Below are positions 48,626-58,824 of a DNA stretch of 64,000 nt, piece after piece (positions within the stretch are counted from its first letter, which is position 1; each line of letters starts with the position of its first letter). The translations under genes were made by a program, and so were the position numbers. Under the pieces are notes generated by a model. It searched no databases, was not told the origin of the DNA, and saw only the letters and a list, made by a program, of their open reading frames with translations. The stretch comes from Candidatus Poribacteria bacterium (GTDB lineage: Bacteria; Poribacteria; WGA-4E; PCPOR2b). The DNA lies in NCBI GenBank assembly GCA_965215015.1, contig OZ244042.1, positions 1,792,001-1,856,000 of the forward strand, in the 5' to 3' direction.

Positions 48626-51405
48626 GACAAATGATAAAATACCGCGATTACCTAATAGAAAGACTTGCGGATCACGAGGAAGCGGCTGCCTATCTTCAGA
48701 CATCTCAAGAAAAATACCAGAAAGACGGTGACACTGACGCATTTTTGTTAGCACTCCAAAGCATCGCCAAGGCGCAGGCAGGGAACAATGAACTCGTTTC
48801 CGAAGTCTATTTATTGAGCGGCACAGTTCATCGCTCACGAGGGGAGTATGACTCGGCGATTGAAGATTATAACACAGTGATAAAATTGACTAACACAGTA
48901 ATAGAACTGAATCCCAATAATGTTGAAACCTATATCCGCCGTGGCATAGCTTACCACTACAAAGGCGAGTATGGCTCCGCCGTTGAAGACTTTAACAAAG
49001 CAATAGAACTAGAGCCAAACATACCTCAAATCTATTTAGCGCGAGGCATAGCTTACCACTACAAAGGCGAGTATGGCTCCGCTATTGAGGACACTACTAA
49101 AGCATTAGAACTGAATCCTGATAATGCCGAGGCTTATCAGTATCGTGGTCTGGCTTATCAGAGCAAAGGTGATTATGACCGTAGTGAAGGCAATTATGAC
49201 TGCGCTATCGCAGATTTCACCAAAGTAATAGACCTGAACCCCAACGATACTAATGCGTACTGCGGTCGTGGCCACGCTTACCAGAGCAAAGGTGATTATG
49301 ACTGCGCCATCGCAGACTTCACCAAAGCAATAGACCTGAACCCCAACGATGCTAGAGCCTATTGTGGTCGCGGTTACGCTCATCACAGCAAAGGCGACTA
49401 CGGCTGCGCCATTGAAGATTGCACCAAAGCAATAGACCTGAACCCCAAGGAGGCCAATGTCTATAACCATCGCGGCGTTATCTATTATTACAACGGTGAT
49501 TATGACCGTGCCATTGAAGACTATAATAGGGCGATACAACTGAATCCCAACTCTGCTCGAGCTTATAACAATCGTGGGACTGCCTATCGTGATAAAGGCG
49601 AAATTGACCGTGCCATCGTGGACTTTAACAGGGCGATACAATTCAACTCTGATTATGCCGAGGCCTATTATAATCGTGGTGTAGCTTATAGAATAAAAGG
49701 CTTGATTGGCCGTGCCATTGAAGACTATAATAGGGCGATACAACTGAATCCCAACTCTGCTCGAGCTTATAACGATCGTGGGGCTGCCTATCGTGATAAG
49801 GGCGAAATTGACCGTGCCATCGTGGACTTTAACAAGGCGATACAATTTAACTCTGATTATGCCGAGGCCTATTATAATCGTGGTGTAGCTTACAGGGTAA
49901 AAGGCTTGATTGGCCGTGCTATCGTGGATCTTAACAGGGCGATACAACTGAATCCCAATTATGCTGATGTTTATAATCACTGGACAGCGCAGTCACACCC
50001 GAAAGCACGTAAAGAAACCAGATTAGCTGTGAATCCGCTAGAAGTAGCCACTGAAATTGATACTTTCGCAGGCGTAATCCGTTACAAAAGGAGTACCTCA
50101 CGCATGTCGAAAGAAACGGTCGAAGGCATCACAAAGATAGCTGTGAGCGGATTCAAGTCGCTCGTGAACGAGTGTGCAATCGACATCTGTCCGCTGACGA
50201 TTCTTGCCGGCGCAAATAGTTCCGGGAAATCGGGCATCATGCAGCCGCTCTTGATGCTGAAGCAGACGCTGGAGGCACCGTATGATCCGGGACCCCTGTT
50301 GATTGAGGGGCCGAACGTTCAATTTACGTTGGTAGAGCAATTTTTGTCCAAGTTAATTGGTGAAGAAAGGGCAGATCGTTTTCAGGTTCAGGTTGAGACG
50401 TGTAGTTTTGGTTCTCCTTACTCAGTAAGGACAACTTTCAGAAAAATACCAACGGGTATTGAAATTGTCGAAATGACGAAGACAGAAATCAATTACCAAC
50501 TATTCCCCCCCCAGGCCGAGGATATGACCCTGTATCCTGGGATGCCATCTGAAGAAATCAAGTCATTGGCAGATCAACACTGGGGTCTCAAGGATTTTGA
50601 TACTGTTAAGTCTTCACGATGTTTTTTGCTCTGTGAATCTCAAGATGGTCGTACGTCCTCGAGTGTTACCTTTGAACTTGAGTCCGATATTTTCAACATC
50701 ATTCACCTCCCCGGATTACGAGGCAATCCAGAGCGTACCTACAAACTGACCAGTACCGGTCCATGGTATCCCGGCACCTTTGAACATTACGTTGCGAGTA
50801 TCATCCACGAGTGGCAGGAGACAAGGGATGAACGTCTAGAGACGTTAGCCAATGCCCTCTATACGCTTGGACTGACAGCACAGGTCGGCACTGAGAAAAT
50901 CGGGGATACCCGCATCGAACTTCAAGTCGGGCGCCTCCCTCTCCCCTCCGCTAGCGGGAGAGGCATGGACATGGTTAACATCACCGATGTGGGATTGGGG
51001 GTGTCCCAAGTCTTACCTGTCTTAGTCGCCCTGATTGTCGCGAAGCCGGGGCAGTTGGTCTACCTTGAACAGCCGGAGCTGCACCTCCACCCTCGCGCCC
51101 AAGTCGCGTTGGCGCAAGAGCTGGCAGCTGCGGCGAGACGTGGCGTCCGTGTCGTCGCGGAAACGCACAGTTCGCTGCTGCTCCTAGCGGTCCAAACGCT
51201 TGTCGCCGAAGGAGAACTCTCACCGGAGTTGGTGAAGCTGCATTGGTTCACACGCCGTGAAGATGGTGCCACCAAAATCGACACCGCTGATTTGGATGAG
51301 GCGGGTGCTTACGGAGATTGGCCCGAAGACTTTGATGATGTCGATTTGAAGGCGCAGAGCCGCTACATAAAGGCAGCCCAATTGCGTTTAGCTGAAAGAG
51401 CATAA
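48622..51405 (+). CDS. chimeric ORF: HI1420-like antitoxin N-terminus + about 11 TPRs + AAA_21/DUF3696-like ABC ATPase
   Basis: YLIERLAD...AAAYL...FLLALQSIAKA; 34-aa TPRs; GANSSGKS, VGLGVSQVL, EQPELHLHP, ETHS; internal RBS + ATG at 50104. Confidence 0.8.
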   Translation: MRQMIKYRDYLIERLADHEEAAAYLQTSQEKYQKDGDTDAFLLALQSIAKAQAGNNELVSEVYLLSGTVHRSRGEYDSAIEDYNTVIKLTNTVIELNPNNVETYIRRGIAYHYKGEYGSAVEDFNKAIELEPNIPQIYLARGIAYHYKGEYGSAIEDTTKALELNPDNAEAYQYRGLAYQSKGDYDRSEGNYDCAIADFTKVIDLNPNDTNAYCGRGHAYQSKGDYDCAIADFTKAIDLNPNDARAYCGRGYAHHSKGDYGCAIEDCTKAIDLNPKEANVYNHRGVIYYYNGDYDRAIEDYNRAIQLNPNSARAYNNRGTAYRDKGEIDRAIVDFNRAIQFNSDYAEAYYNRGVAYRIKGLIGRAIEDYNRAIQLNPNSARAYNDRGAAYRDKGEIDRAIVDFNKAIQFNSDYAEAYYNRGVAYRVKGLIGRAIVDLNRAIQLNPNYADVYNHWTAQSHPKARKETRLAVNPLEVATEIDTFAGVIRYKRSTSRMSKETVEGITKIAVSGFKSLVNECAIDICPLTILAGANSSGKSGIMQPLLMLKQTLEAPYDPGPLLIEGPNVQFTLVEQFLSKLIGEERADRFQVQVETCSFGSPYSVRTTFRKIPTGIEIVEMTKTEINYQLFPPQAEDMTLYPGMPSEEIKSLADQHWGLKDFDTVKSSRCFLLCESQDGRTSSSVTFELESDIFNIIHLPGLRGNPERTYKLTSTGPWYPGTFEHYVASIIHEWQETRDERLETLANALYTLGLTAQVGTEKIGDTRIELQVGRLPLPSASGRGMDMVNITDVGLGVSQVLPVLVALIVAKPGQLVYLEQPELHLHPRAQVALAQELAAAARRGVRVVAETHSSLLLLAVQTLVAEGELSPELVKLHWFTRREDGATKIDTADLDEAGAYGDWPEDFDDVDLKAQSRYIKAAQLRLAERA

Positions 51406-51406
51406 T

Positions 51407-51952
51407 ATGCGGTCAAGGGATTCCAAGCGGCTCGTTGTGGATGCCTCGGTTGCACGGGCTGCCGGTGGTGTAGATGCAACGGCTCCAGTATCAATCAACT
51501 GCACCAAATTTCTCGAAACCTTTCGGGACAATTGTTCACTTCACGTGGTAATGACACCAGAGCTTTCCGAGGAATGGGAGAAGCATCAATCGAAATTTGC
51601 AACCACATGGCTGGGATCGATGATTGCTAGGAAAAGATTCGATTATGTCAAACCTCCCATGAACCAAGCGTTGCGCGCCAAAATTGAAGCAACAGCAGCC
51701 TACGAAAATCAGATTGAAAAGATGCGGAAAGATTTTCACCTCCTTGAAGGGGCACTGGAAACCGATCAGATTATCATTTCGCTTGATGAAACCATCCGGC
51801 GGATTTTCGCCCGTGCTACCCAACGGGTTGGTGAAATCCGGGATATTGTTTGGGTGAATCCTGACCGTACAGAGGAAAAACCGCTCGTTTGGCTCCAAAA
51901 CGGTGCCCCGCCGGAAGATCATCGTAAACTCCGCGCCTGGGGGCCTGTTTAG
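51407..51952 (+). CDS. PIN-like domain protein coupled to the AAA ATPase
   Basis: LVVDASV, KD-x-HLL-x-x-AL, IISLD acidic pattern; starts 1 nt after the ATPase stop. Confidence 0.6.
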   Translation: MRSRDSKRLVVDASVARAAGGVDATAPVSINCTKFLETFRDNCSLHVVMTPELSEEWEKHQSKFATTWLGSMIARKRFDYVKPPMNQALRAKIEATAAYENQIEKMRKDFHLLEGALETDQIIISLDETIRRIFARATQRVGEIRDIVWVNPDRTEEKPLVWLQNGAPPEDHRKLRAWGPV

Positions 51953-52037
51953 CTCGGCGCAGCATTGGGCTGCCGCTGCGAATGCCTATGCCCAAGGGGC
52001 GGACGCTTTCGGAATAGGGGCCGCCCCTTGGCCATCC

Positions 52038-52365
52038 AACGGTTGGCTCTGGCCGCCCGACGAGTACCAGACCTTGCCCCTACTGGAGCATCCTGACAAC
52101 TCCCTGCAAGGGGTGTGAATCTGTCCTTCCCCCTGCTTGCGGGGGGACCGAGGGGGGTTCTTAACTAACTAAACGGTTGGCTCTGGCCGCCCAACGAGTA
52201 CCAGACCTTGCCCCTACTGGAGCACCCTGACACCCGCCCCGCAAGGGGTGTGAATCTGTCCTTCCCCTTGCTTGCGGGGGACGATTGCTAGGGTTACCAG
52301 TAAGTATACAGTGCCACATATGTCCTTCCCCCTGCTTGCGGGGGGACCGAGGGGAGTTCTTAAAT
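52038..52365. repeat. 134-bp tandem duplication with CCCCCTGCTTGCGGGGG palindromes
   Basis: AACGGTTGGCTCTGGCCGCCC at 52038 and 52172; a third palindrome near 52325. Confidence 0.8.
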
Positions 52366-52372
52366 AGCACTA

Positions 52373-53155
52373 ATGGATCAAATTCACGACGCTGTGCGTC
52401 AACAATTTAGTCAACATGCCAAATATTATGCCCGGAGCAAGGTGCACTCGGAAGGAGAAACCCTAGGTGTGCTTGTCGATTTCGCAGAGCCGAGCGGGAC
52501 CGAAAAAGTCCTTGACATCGCCACTGGAACAGGTTTCACTGCCTTTGCTTTCGCGCCAAAGGTAGCGAGCGTCATCGCGACCGATTTGACCCCCGCGATG
52601 CTAGATCAAGCAAAAGCACTAGCCAATGAACGTGGACTACAAAACATAGATTTCCAAATTGCCCCGGCGGAAGCTACCCCCTTTGAAGCAGAATCTTTTG
52701 ATGTGGTTACCTGTCGGATTGCGCCGCACCATTTCCAAGATGTACCGCAATTTTTGTCAGAAACCTATCGGGTATTGCGTCCGGGGGGATTATTCTGCAT
52801 GGTAGATTCCGTCTGTCCGGAGTCGGAGCGACTCATCAAATGGCAAAACCGCGTAGAAAAACTACGAGACCATTCCCATGTATGGGGCTATCCCCCTTCG
52901 CAGTGGCGAGAGATGATTGAGCAGGCCGGATTCAGCGTTGAGAGAGAAGTACATACGCACAACGCCCTTCAACCTTTTTCATGGTGGGCTGACCGCCCTG
53001 GCAATTCACCAGAGCGAGTTCAACAGATTCGCGCCGCCTTTGATGAACTGAGGCCAGAGGAAGAACCGATCTTCGCCATTCACCGGGAGGCGGGGGAATT
53101 GTACTTCGCGTGGCCCATGTACTGCGTCAAAGCACGAAAACCAGCTTCATCATGA
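52373..53155 (+). CDS. class I SAM-dependent methyltransferase
   Basis: VLDIATGTG, FDVVTCRIAPHHF, LRPGG. Confidence 0.9.
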   Translation: MDQIHDAVRQQFSQHAKYYARSKVHSEGETLGVLVDFAEPSGTEKVLDIATGTGFTAFAFAPKVASVIATDLTPAMLDQAKALANERGLQNIDFQIAPAEATPFEAESFDVVTCRIAPHHFQDVPQFLSETYRVLRPGGLFCMVDSVCPESERLIKWQNRVEKLRDHSHVWGYPPSQWREMIEQAGFSVEREVHTHNALQPFSWWADRPGNSPERVQQIRAAFDELRPEEEPIFAIHREAGELYFAWPMYCVKARKPASS

Positions 53156-53291
53156 AGCTTATATGACTGCACAGGTTGCATTAGAATAGCAGCTTTTCCA
53201 TAAGCCCCGTCGGTTAGGCTTCCTCGTCCGATTCCCCAATGAACAGATGGTTTTCACGTTTCACGCCCTTAGCGTTTTGCACTTTCGAGCC

Positions 53292-54125
53292 CTAACTGTT
53301 TGGGGTAAGCTTGTTCGGTTCTCTCGGTATAAGCTCTAGCGGTTGAACAATCTGCCGACGCTCAGGGGTCAAGCGTTCCAACAGCTCCGGTGAAGGTTGA
53401 TAACCGTATCGGAAATTTCCCCAAGAGGGCCCATAGCGATAGACGATAGTGCGGCGAATACCGGGGTTTACCCGTTTCGCCGAACCGTGTGCTGCCCCAT
53501 CTACGAAAAGCAGTGCGTCGCCGGCCTTAATGTGGATTTCAACAGCCCCTTCGATCCCTTCGACTGTCGCATCCTGTGCCATTCTGTGTTTATCATAGTG
53601 CGGGTGTCTGAAGTTGGATTTGTGACTGCCGGGGATAATCATTGTGCCGCCATCGCCAGGTCCAAAGTCCGTCAGCGCAATGAGGATATCAATCTGTCCG
53701 CACATGAAGCGACCGTTGTGATACCGGAATTGGTTTCGATGGATGGGGGGGTATCCCCCGGAGTGCAGTCCAATAGCTTCCCCGGGACCGCGAAAGGTGG
53801 CGAAGTTCTCATCTATAAACAGTGGACCGTGGTGGTAATCAAAACTGCCTTCCCCTCCAACAAAGTGTTTCACCTTGTCAATCCATGAAGGGTGATCGAT
53901 TAGCCTCTCGAAAGGTTCGCCTGCCTCATAAATCTGCTGTAAATTAAAACCATCAGTCGTACCATACCGGTGGGCGTGAACATAACCGTACCATTCACCC
54001 GCTTTCAATGGCGGTATTGCATTGAGGCACTCGTTGAGTTCTGCCACCTCTTCGGGAGCTAAGGCATTGGGCAAAACGATGTAGCCGCGTAAATCAAACA
54101 GGTAGATTTCGAGATCGGAAACCAT
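53292..54125 (-). CDS. PhyH family dioxygenase
   Basis: FDLRGY, DGGT-x-x-IPGSHK, KAGDAL, HGS. Confidence 0.85.
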   Translation of the reverse strand: MVSDLEIYLFDLRGYIVLPNALAPEEVAELNECLNAIPPLKAGEWYGYVHAHRYGTTDGFNLQQIYEAGEPFERLIDHPSWIDKVKHFVGGEGSFDYHHGPLFIDENFATFRGPGEAIGLHSGGYPPIHRNQFRYHNGRFMCGQIDILIALTDFGPGDGGTMIIPGSHKSNFRHPHYDKHRMAQDATVEGIEGAVEIHIKAGDALLFVDGAAHGSAKRVNPGIRRTIVYRYGPSWGNFRYGYQPSPELLERLTPERRQIVQPLELIPREPNKLTPNS

Positions 54126-54194
54126 AAATCCTCCTCCAATTGCATAGATTTCGGTCGTAGCATCTGTTAATTCGTCTTATCTAAGATCCAGGAA

Positions 54195-55325
54195 TTATCG
54201 GTCCTGCACAGACCCATCAAACCCAATCGGTGTATCTAGCACCTTATCCTGAACAGGGTAGCTCAAAGCTGCTTCGTTCAACTCAATTCCCAACCCGGGT
54301 CCCTCCGGCACCGTCAAATAGCCCGCCTTCAGTTCCAACGGTTTGACAAGCAAATCGCTCTTCGGCGGCTCTGACTCGCCGGTATATTCCTGAAGTGCGA
54401 AATTGGGAATCGATGCATCCAATTGCACACACGCTGCCGTGCTCACCGGACTGAGGGGGTTGTGTGGAATGACCTTAACGTGATGTGCCTCCGCCATCCC
54501 CGCTACCTTCTTACACCCTGAAAGTCCACCACAAAGGCATAGGTCAGGACGGATGTAGGAGGTCGCCTTGGCCTCAAGAAGCTGCTGAAACTCGAAGATA
54601 CTTGCGAATCGTTCACCGGTCGCGATGGGCAGATTGCACTGTTCCTGTACGTCACCCATAATCGCCGGGCTGTCGGGCAACATCGGGTCTTCGTAGAAGT
54701 AAGGATTGAACTGTTCCAACCGCCGCCCCAACCAGATTGACTCCGCAGGATTCATCTGCCGGTGAATTTCGACGCAGATATCGACCGAATTGCCGACAGC
54801 ATCGCGTACCGCTCCCACACGGCGCACTGCCTCATCTGCCCATTCTGAGTACGATTTATGGAGGTGAAAGTCCTGGGGGAATGGCGAGAAACGGAGCGCA
54901 GTAAAGCCTTGGCCTGCCTTTTTCACGGCATCCGCCGCTAGGTCATCTAAGGTTACGCCGCCCACGTGCATGTAGCAACGGACGCGATGGCGCGTCATAC
55001 CTCCCATCAGGTCATAGATTGGCACACCAAGGCGTTTCCCTTTGATGTCCCACAGTGCGATGTCAATGGCTGAAAGCGCGCCTTGAATGACTGACCCCAT
55101 AAAGTGCGATGAGCGGTACAGCCACTGGTAGTGGTGTTCGATGAGCGATGGATCTTTGCCGATCAGATACGGCGACATAACTTCTAACATCGTCTTCGTT
55201 GGTCGCTGCCAACCGTGAACACCGCCCTCCCCAATCCCGACTGTACCGTCTTCGCAGTGAATTTTTATCAGAAGCCAGCGATCCCAGAGAACAGTTTCTA
55301 CACGTTCAATCTTTGTTTTCTGCAT
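54195..55325 (-). CDS. mandelate racemase / galactonate dehydratase (DgoD-like) family
   Basis: IDIALWDIKGK, EDP, ATGER, PHNP, PGLGIE. Confidence 0.88.
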   Translation of the reverse strand: MQKTKIERVETVLWDRWLLIKIHCEDGTVGIGEGGVHGWQRPTKTMLEVMSPYLIGKDPSLIEHHYQWLYRSSHFMGSVIQGALSAIDIALWDIKGKRLGVPIYDLMGGMTRHRVRCYMHVGGVTLDDLAADAVKKAGQGFTALRFSPFPQDFHLHKSYSEWADEAVRRVGAVRDAVGNSVDICVEIHRQMNPAESIWLGRRLEQFNPYFYEDPMLPDSPAIMGDVQEQCNLPIATGERFASIFEFQQLLEAKATSYIRPDLCLCGGLSGCKKVAGMAEAHHVKVIPHNPLSPVSTAACVQLDASIPNFALQEYTGESEPPKSDLLVKPLELKAGYLTVPEGPGLGIELNEAALSYPVQDKVLDTPIGFDGSVQDR

Positions 55326-55381
55326 TATATTATTTCTCCTATCAGTATGCGAGCAGCACCGCAGATCTTCCTTTACTAAAT

Positions 55382-55702
55382 TAGGACTTACGCCCTTGAG
55401 TTTGTATTAGCGCGTTCATTGCGCGTCTTTAAGGTAGTAAGCATACGCCGTATGCTGTCCCCTCCTCCCCCCGTAAGGAGGGGCAAGGACAACTTCCCCA
55501 CCGCTTCGGGGGGGGTAGGGGGTGAGCCATGATTGCCCAATAAGAGTTACGCGCTTGAGTTTGTATTAGCGCGTTCATTGCGCGTCTTTAATGGAGTAAG
55601 CATACGCCGTATGCCGTCCCCCCTCTCCCCCGTAAGCCGGGGCAAGGACAACTTCCCCACCGCTTGCGGGGGAGGGTTAGGGGGGTGAGCTATGGTTGCC
55701 CA
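55382..55702. repeat. about 159-bp tandem duplication of a composite REP element
   Basis: TTACGC-x-CTTGAGTTTGTATTAGCGCG at 55388 and 55547. Confidence 0.8.
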
Positions 55703-55717
55703 AAAACCCCGTAAATG

Positions 55718-56515
55718 TCAGGAAAGCTCAAGGACCTGCCCGTCATACGCCAAATAGACATTTTCGGGTAGGTCAATCTCCTGTTCCGCGCATTGATCCG
55801 GGAAGTACCGATGGTCGAGGCGGTGCATAATATGTGTAAAGTAGGCCTCCTTCGGCTGCAGGGCATCAACAACTTCTAGTGCCTCTCCGACTGAGAAATG
55901 GGTTGGATGACGTGGATTGAAACTGAGCGCATCAATGATTAGTAAATCGATACCTTGCAATAACGCCCTAGAAGAATCGGGCAGCCGTTTCACATCAGGC
56001 ACATAGCCGAAGTTATCGATTCGGTAGCCGTAGGTTTGTACAGCGGCGTGTTCAACCGGAATTGGAGTGAGCTCAAACCCATATAACTGAAATGGCTCTT
56101 CGACGATGTTTGGTAGCAGGTGTCCCACACCCCCGCCCTGAAAGGTTGATTTGCTAAACATATAATCAAAATTGCGCTGCAGAATGCGGATGGTCTCCGC
56201 CGGACCGTAGATGGGCATATCCATTTGTTGTTTACGGCACGGCATGACGATGTCATTTGTCCCGCTTACGTGGTCCGCGTGACAATGGGTAAAGACAACA
56301 GCGTCAATCCAATCGATTTCGTTTCGGTCAATCTGGTCTATGAAATTGGGACCGAGATCGAATTGCAAATGCTTATCATCCTTTTCGATGTGAATTGATG
56401 GACGCGTCCGGTAATTTTTGGACCCAAACTTTCGGGCATCCTGACAGGTTTCACAGTCGCACTTATATTCGGGAACGCCTGTCGAAGTGCCTGAACCGAG
56501 AACAGTAATTTTCAT
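55718..56515 (-). CDS. MBL-fold metallo-hydrolase (PhnP-like)
   Basis: LGSGTSTGVP, THCHADH, HPTH, THI-x-H, AYDG. Confidence 0.9.
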   Translation of the reverse strand: MKITVLGSGTSTGVPEYKCDCETCQDARKFGSKNYRTRPSIHIEKDDKHLQFDLGPNFIDQIDRNEIDWIDAVVFTHCHADHVSGTNDIVMPCRKQQMDMPIYGPAETIRILQRNFDYMFSKSTFQGGGVGHLLPNIVEEPFQLYGFELTPIPVEHAAVQTYGYRIDNFGYVPDVKRLPDSSRALLQGIDLLIIDALSFNPRHPTHFSVGEALEVVDALQPKEAYFTHIMHRLDHRYFPDQCAEQEIDLPENVYLAYDGQVLELS

Positions 56516-56816
56516 AGATTCTCCCCATGTCCTGTTAAGAATAGCTGCCAAAATCCCTCCGGATCATAACACGCCCTATAATATATCAGGCATAGAAATA
56601 ATGCAACATCAAAATCGACCGCGATAGGGGCGTTTGGTTCGCCTGTAGGAGGGATTTCCGAATCCCGACTCAGACAAGGAGAAAATTGAAAACTAAATAA
56701 CCCTAAACAGCGAAATCGAAACTTGCCAATATGCCCAATCTATGATAGAATTTTCCAAATCATACGAATTTCCTGATAATTGAGGGACGATTGAGGTCCC
56801 ACAAGGGATAAAATCG

Positions 56817-57812
56817 ATGCAGCGTATTCTGTTAGACACCGACACCGGCGTGGACGACGCCTTGGCAATCATCCTCGCGCTCAATTCGCCAGAGTTGAAG
56901 GTGGAAGCGATCACTTCCGTCAGCGGCAATGTCCATGTCGATCTCTGCACGTGCAATTTGCTGATGACGCTGGAGGCGATGGAGGCCCGTGAATACCCAA
57001 TTTGTGCCAAGGGGGAGTCACAACCGCTGGTTAAACCGCTGGTGAGGGCAGCGCATGTGCACGGCTCGGATGGCCTCGGAAATTTGACAAGGCTATTGAC
57101 ACCCGATGGCTCGCGCCGCTACCCAGACCCCCAACCGCGGATTGCAGCGATGTCCGCGGTTGACCTCATCATAGACCTGGCCGGGCAGTACCCGGATGAA
57201 CTCGTTCTCGTTCCAGTTGGACCGCTGACAAACATCGCTAAAGCCGTGATTAAGCATCCAGCGCGGATGCGGCGGATTCGGGAGATTGTGTTGATGGGAG
57301 GGGCCTTTGAAACCTACGGAAACGTCACAACAACTGCCGAATTCAACATCTTCGCCGACCCGCACGCAGCGCAACTTGTTCTCGATTTTGGTGTGCCGGT
57401 CACAATGGTGCCGCTTGATATAACACACCAAGTCATTCTGATGGGAAAACGCTTGGACGCTGAAATCGGTGAACGGGACGATAGATTCTCGCAGTTTCTC
57501 CGAGATGTTACACGCGTTACTATGGGGTATCATCAGTCCCACGAAGGGTTTTATGGAACCTACATCCACGATGCTCTACCCATTGGGCTACTCACCCACC
57601 TTGAATTGTTTGAGACTGTGGAGGCTTTCGTACAGGTAGAAACCTCAAGTGATTTGACCCAGGGAATGACTGTCGCCGATCTACGACCCGAAAAACCACA
57701 CCCAAAACCCAACGCTCGTGTCTGCGTGGGGGTGAACGCTGAAACCTTCCTGCAACACTTCTTTGACCGTATACTACATAGAAGTTACGCAGTTAAAGTG
57801 TCAGGCCATTGA
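56817..57812 (+). CDS. nucleoside hydrolase (IU-NH family)
   Basis: DTDTGVDDA, HGSDG, GPLTN, AEFN, HD. Confidence 0.92.
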   Translation: MQRILLDTDTGVDDALAIILALNSPELKVEAITSVSGNVHVDLCTCNLLMTLEAMEAREYPICAKGESQPLVKPLVRAAHVHGSDGLGNLTRLLTPDGSRRYPDPQPRIAAMSAVDLIIDLAGQYPDELVLVPVGPLTNIAKAVIKHPARMRRIREIVLMGGAFETYGNVTTTAEFNIFADPHAAQLVLDFGVPVTMVPLDITHQVILMGKRLDAEIGERDDRFSQFLRDVTRVTMGYHQSHEGFYGTYIHDALPIGLLTHLELFETVEAFVQVETSSDLTQGMTVADLRPEKPHPKPNARVCVGVNAETFLQHFFDRILHRSYAVKVSGH

Positions 57813-58021
57813 TCCAGATAAGCTCTGAGGTGAAAACGCAATGTAATTGCTTGTGATTATTTGTAATGTAATTGACAACCTACCACAAAACGCTTAATTC
57901 TAAAATGGAAACCATTTGCCGATTTTCGTGTGTAAAATGGGTACTTTTCATTTTCGCATGGAAAACGTAACTTTGCTAATGAACCAATTATTTTTACCTT
58001 TCACGCTAAGGCTATTACACT

Positions 58022-58396
58022 ATGGAATGGGTACTAAATCTTTTTTCCGAATATCTTGAAAACGATTTCAAGAAGCGCCGCGGCGTCCCTAAGCCTACGA
58101 TTAATCAACTATGGGACGTATTCAAGGTGCTTTTTCCCACAACTACCGCGCGGCTGTTAGTGCAAGAACCTGTGGGCAATACGGTGAGATTCAAGCTGCT
58201 TGCCTTCTATCACGCCGACGAGATGGGACCGTTAATCGATGATCCGATGGGCTACATCAAGAACAATTTCGGTGGTGGGAAGTTCAAAATCAACTTCTAT
58301 CAGGGGATGCAGTTTATCGCAACAATAAACTTCAAGCCGGAGGGGGCCGAAATCTGGCGGGATCTGCCAGAGTTAGAGGAATCAACGATACAATGA
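58022..58396 (+). CDS. hypothetical protein
   Basis: 124-aa ORF with ATGA overlap to the next gene. Confidence 0.6.
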   Translation: MEWVLNLFSEYLENDFKKRRGVPKPTINQLWDVFKVLFPTTTARLLVQEPVGNTVRFKLLAFYHADEMGPLIDDPMGYIKNNFGGGKFKINFYQGMQFIATINFKPEGAEIWRDLPELEESTIQ

Positions 58397-58824
58397 ATTC
58401 TCAGCCAAGACCTACAGAATGCCCAAGTTGTCATAGCAAAAACGTGCAGGCGGTCGGTAAAGATGGATGGTTTTGCCTCGACTGCGATTGGGATAATTTG
58501 CCCGTTGTCAACGGAGAGATGGACGCACTGATTTCCACCCTGCGGCACGGCGAGAGGGAGGCGCGGCGAGAGGCGGCGCAAGCCTTAATCAATATCGGTG
58601 ATTTTGAACGCCATCTTGCCACGAGTGATGACCTGACCCCTCTGCTCGAAGCCCTAGACGATACGGATGACGATGTCCGCTATTTTGCGACCGTTGCGCT
58701 AGGGCAACTTGGGGATAGGCGGGCCCTTCCGAAACTAAAACAGGTCGCACAAGAGGACACCGCGACGCTGGCGCGAGAGGGGGCTAAGACTGCAATCGAA
58801 CGACTTGAAATGGTGAGCGGATAA
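58393..58824 (+). CDS. Zn-ribbon + HEAT-repeat protein
   Basis: CPSC...CLDC, then PBS-lyase-like HEAT repeats (LLEALDD...VR...ALGQLGD). Confidence 0.75.
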   Translation: MNSQPRPTECPSCHSKNVQAVGKDGWFCLDCDWDNLPVVNGEMDALISTLRHGEREARREAAQALINIGDFERHLATSDDLTPLLEALDDTDDDVRYFATVALGQLGDRRALPKLKQVAQEDTATLAREGAKTAIERLEMVSG

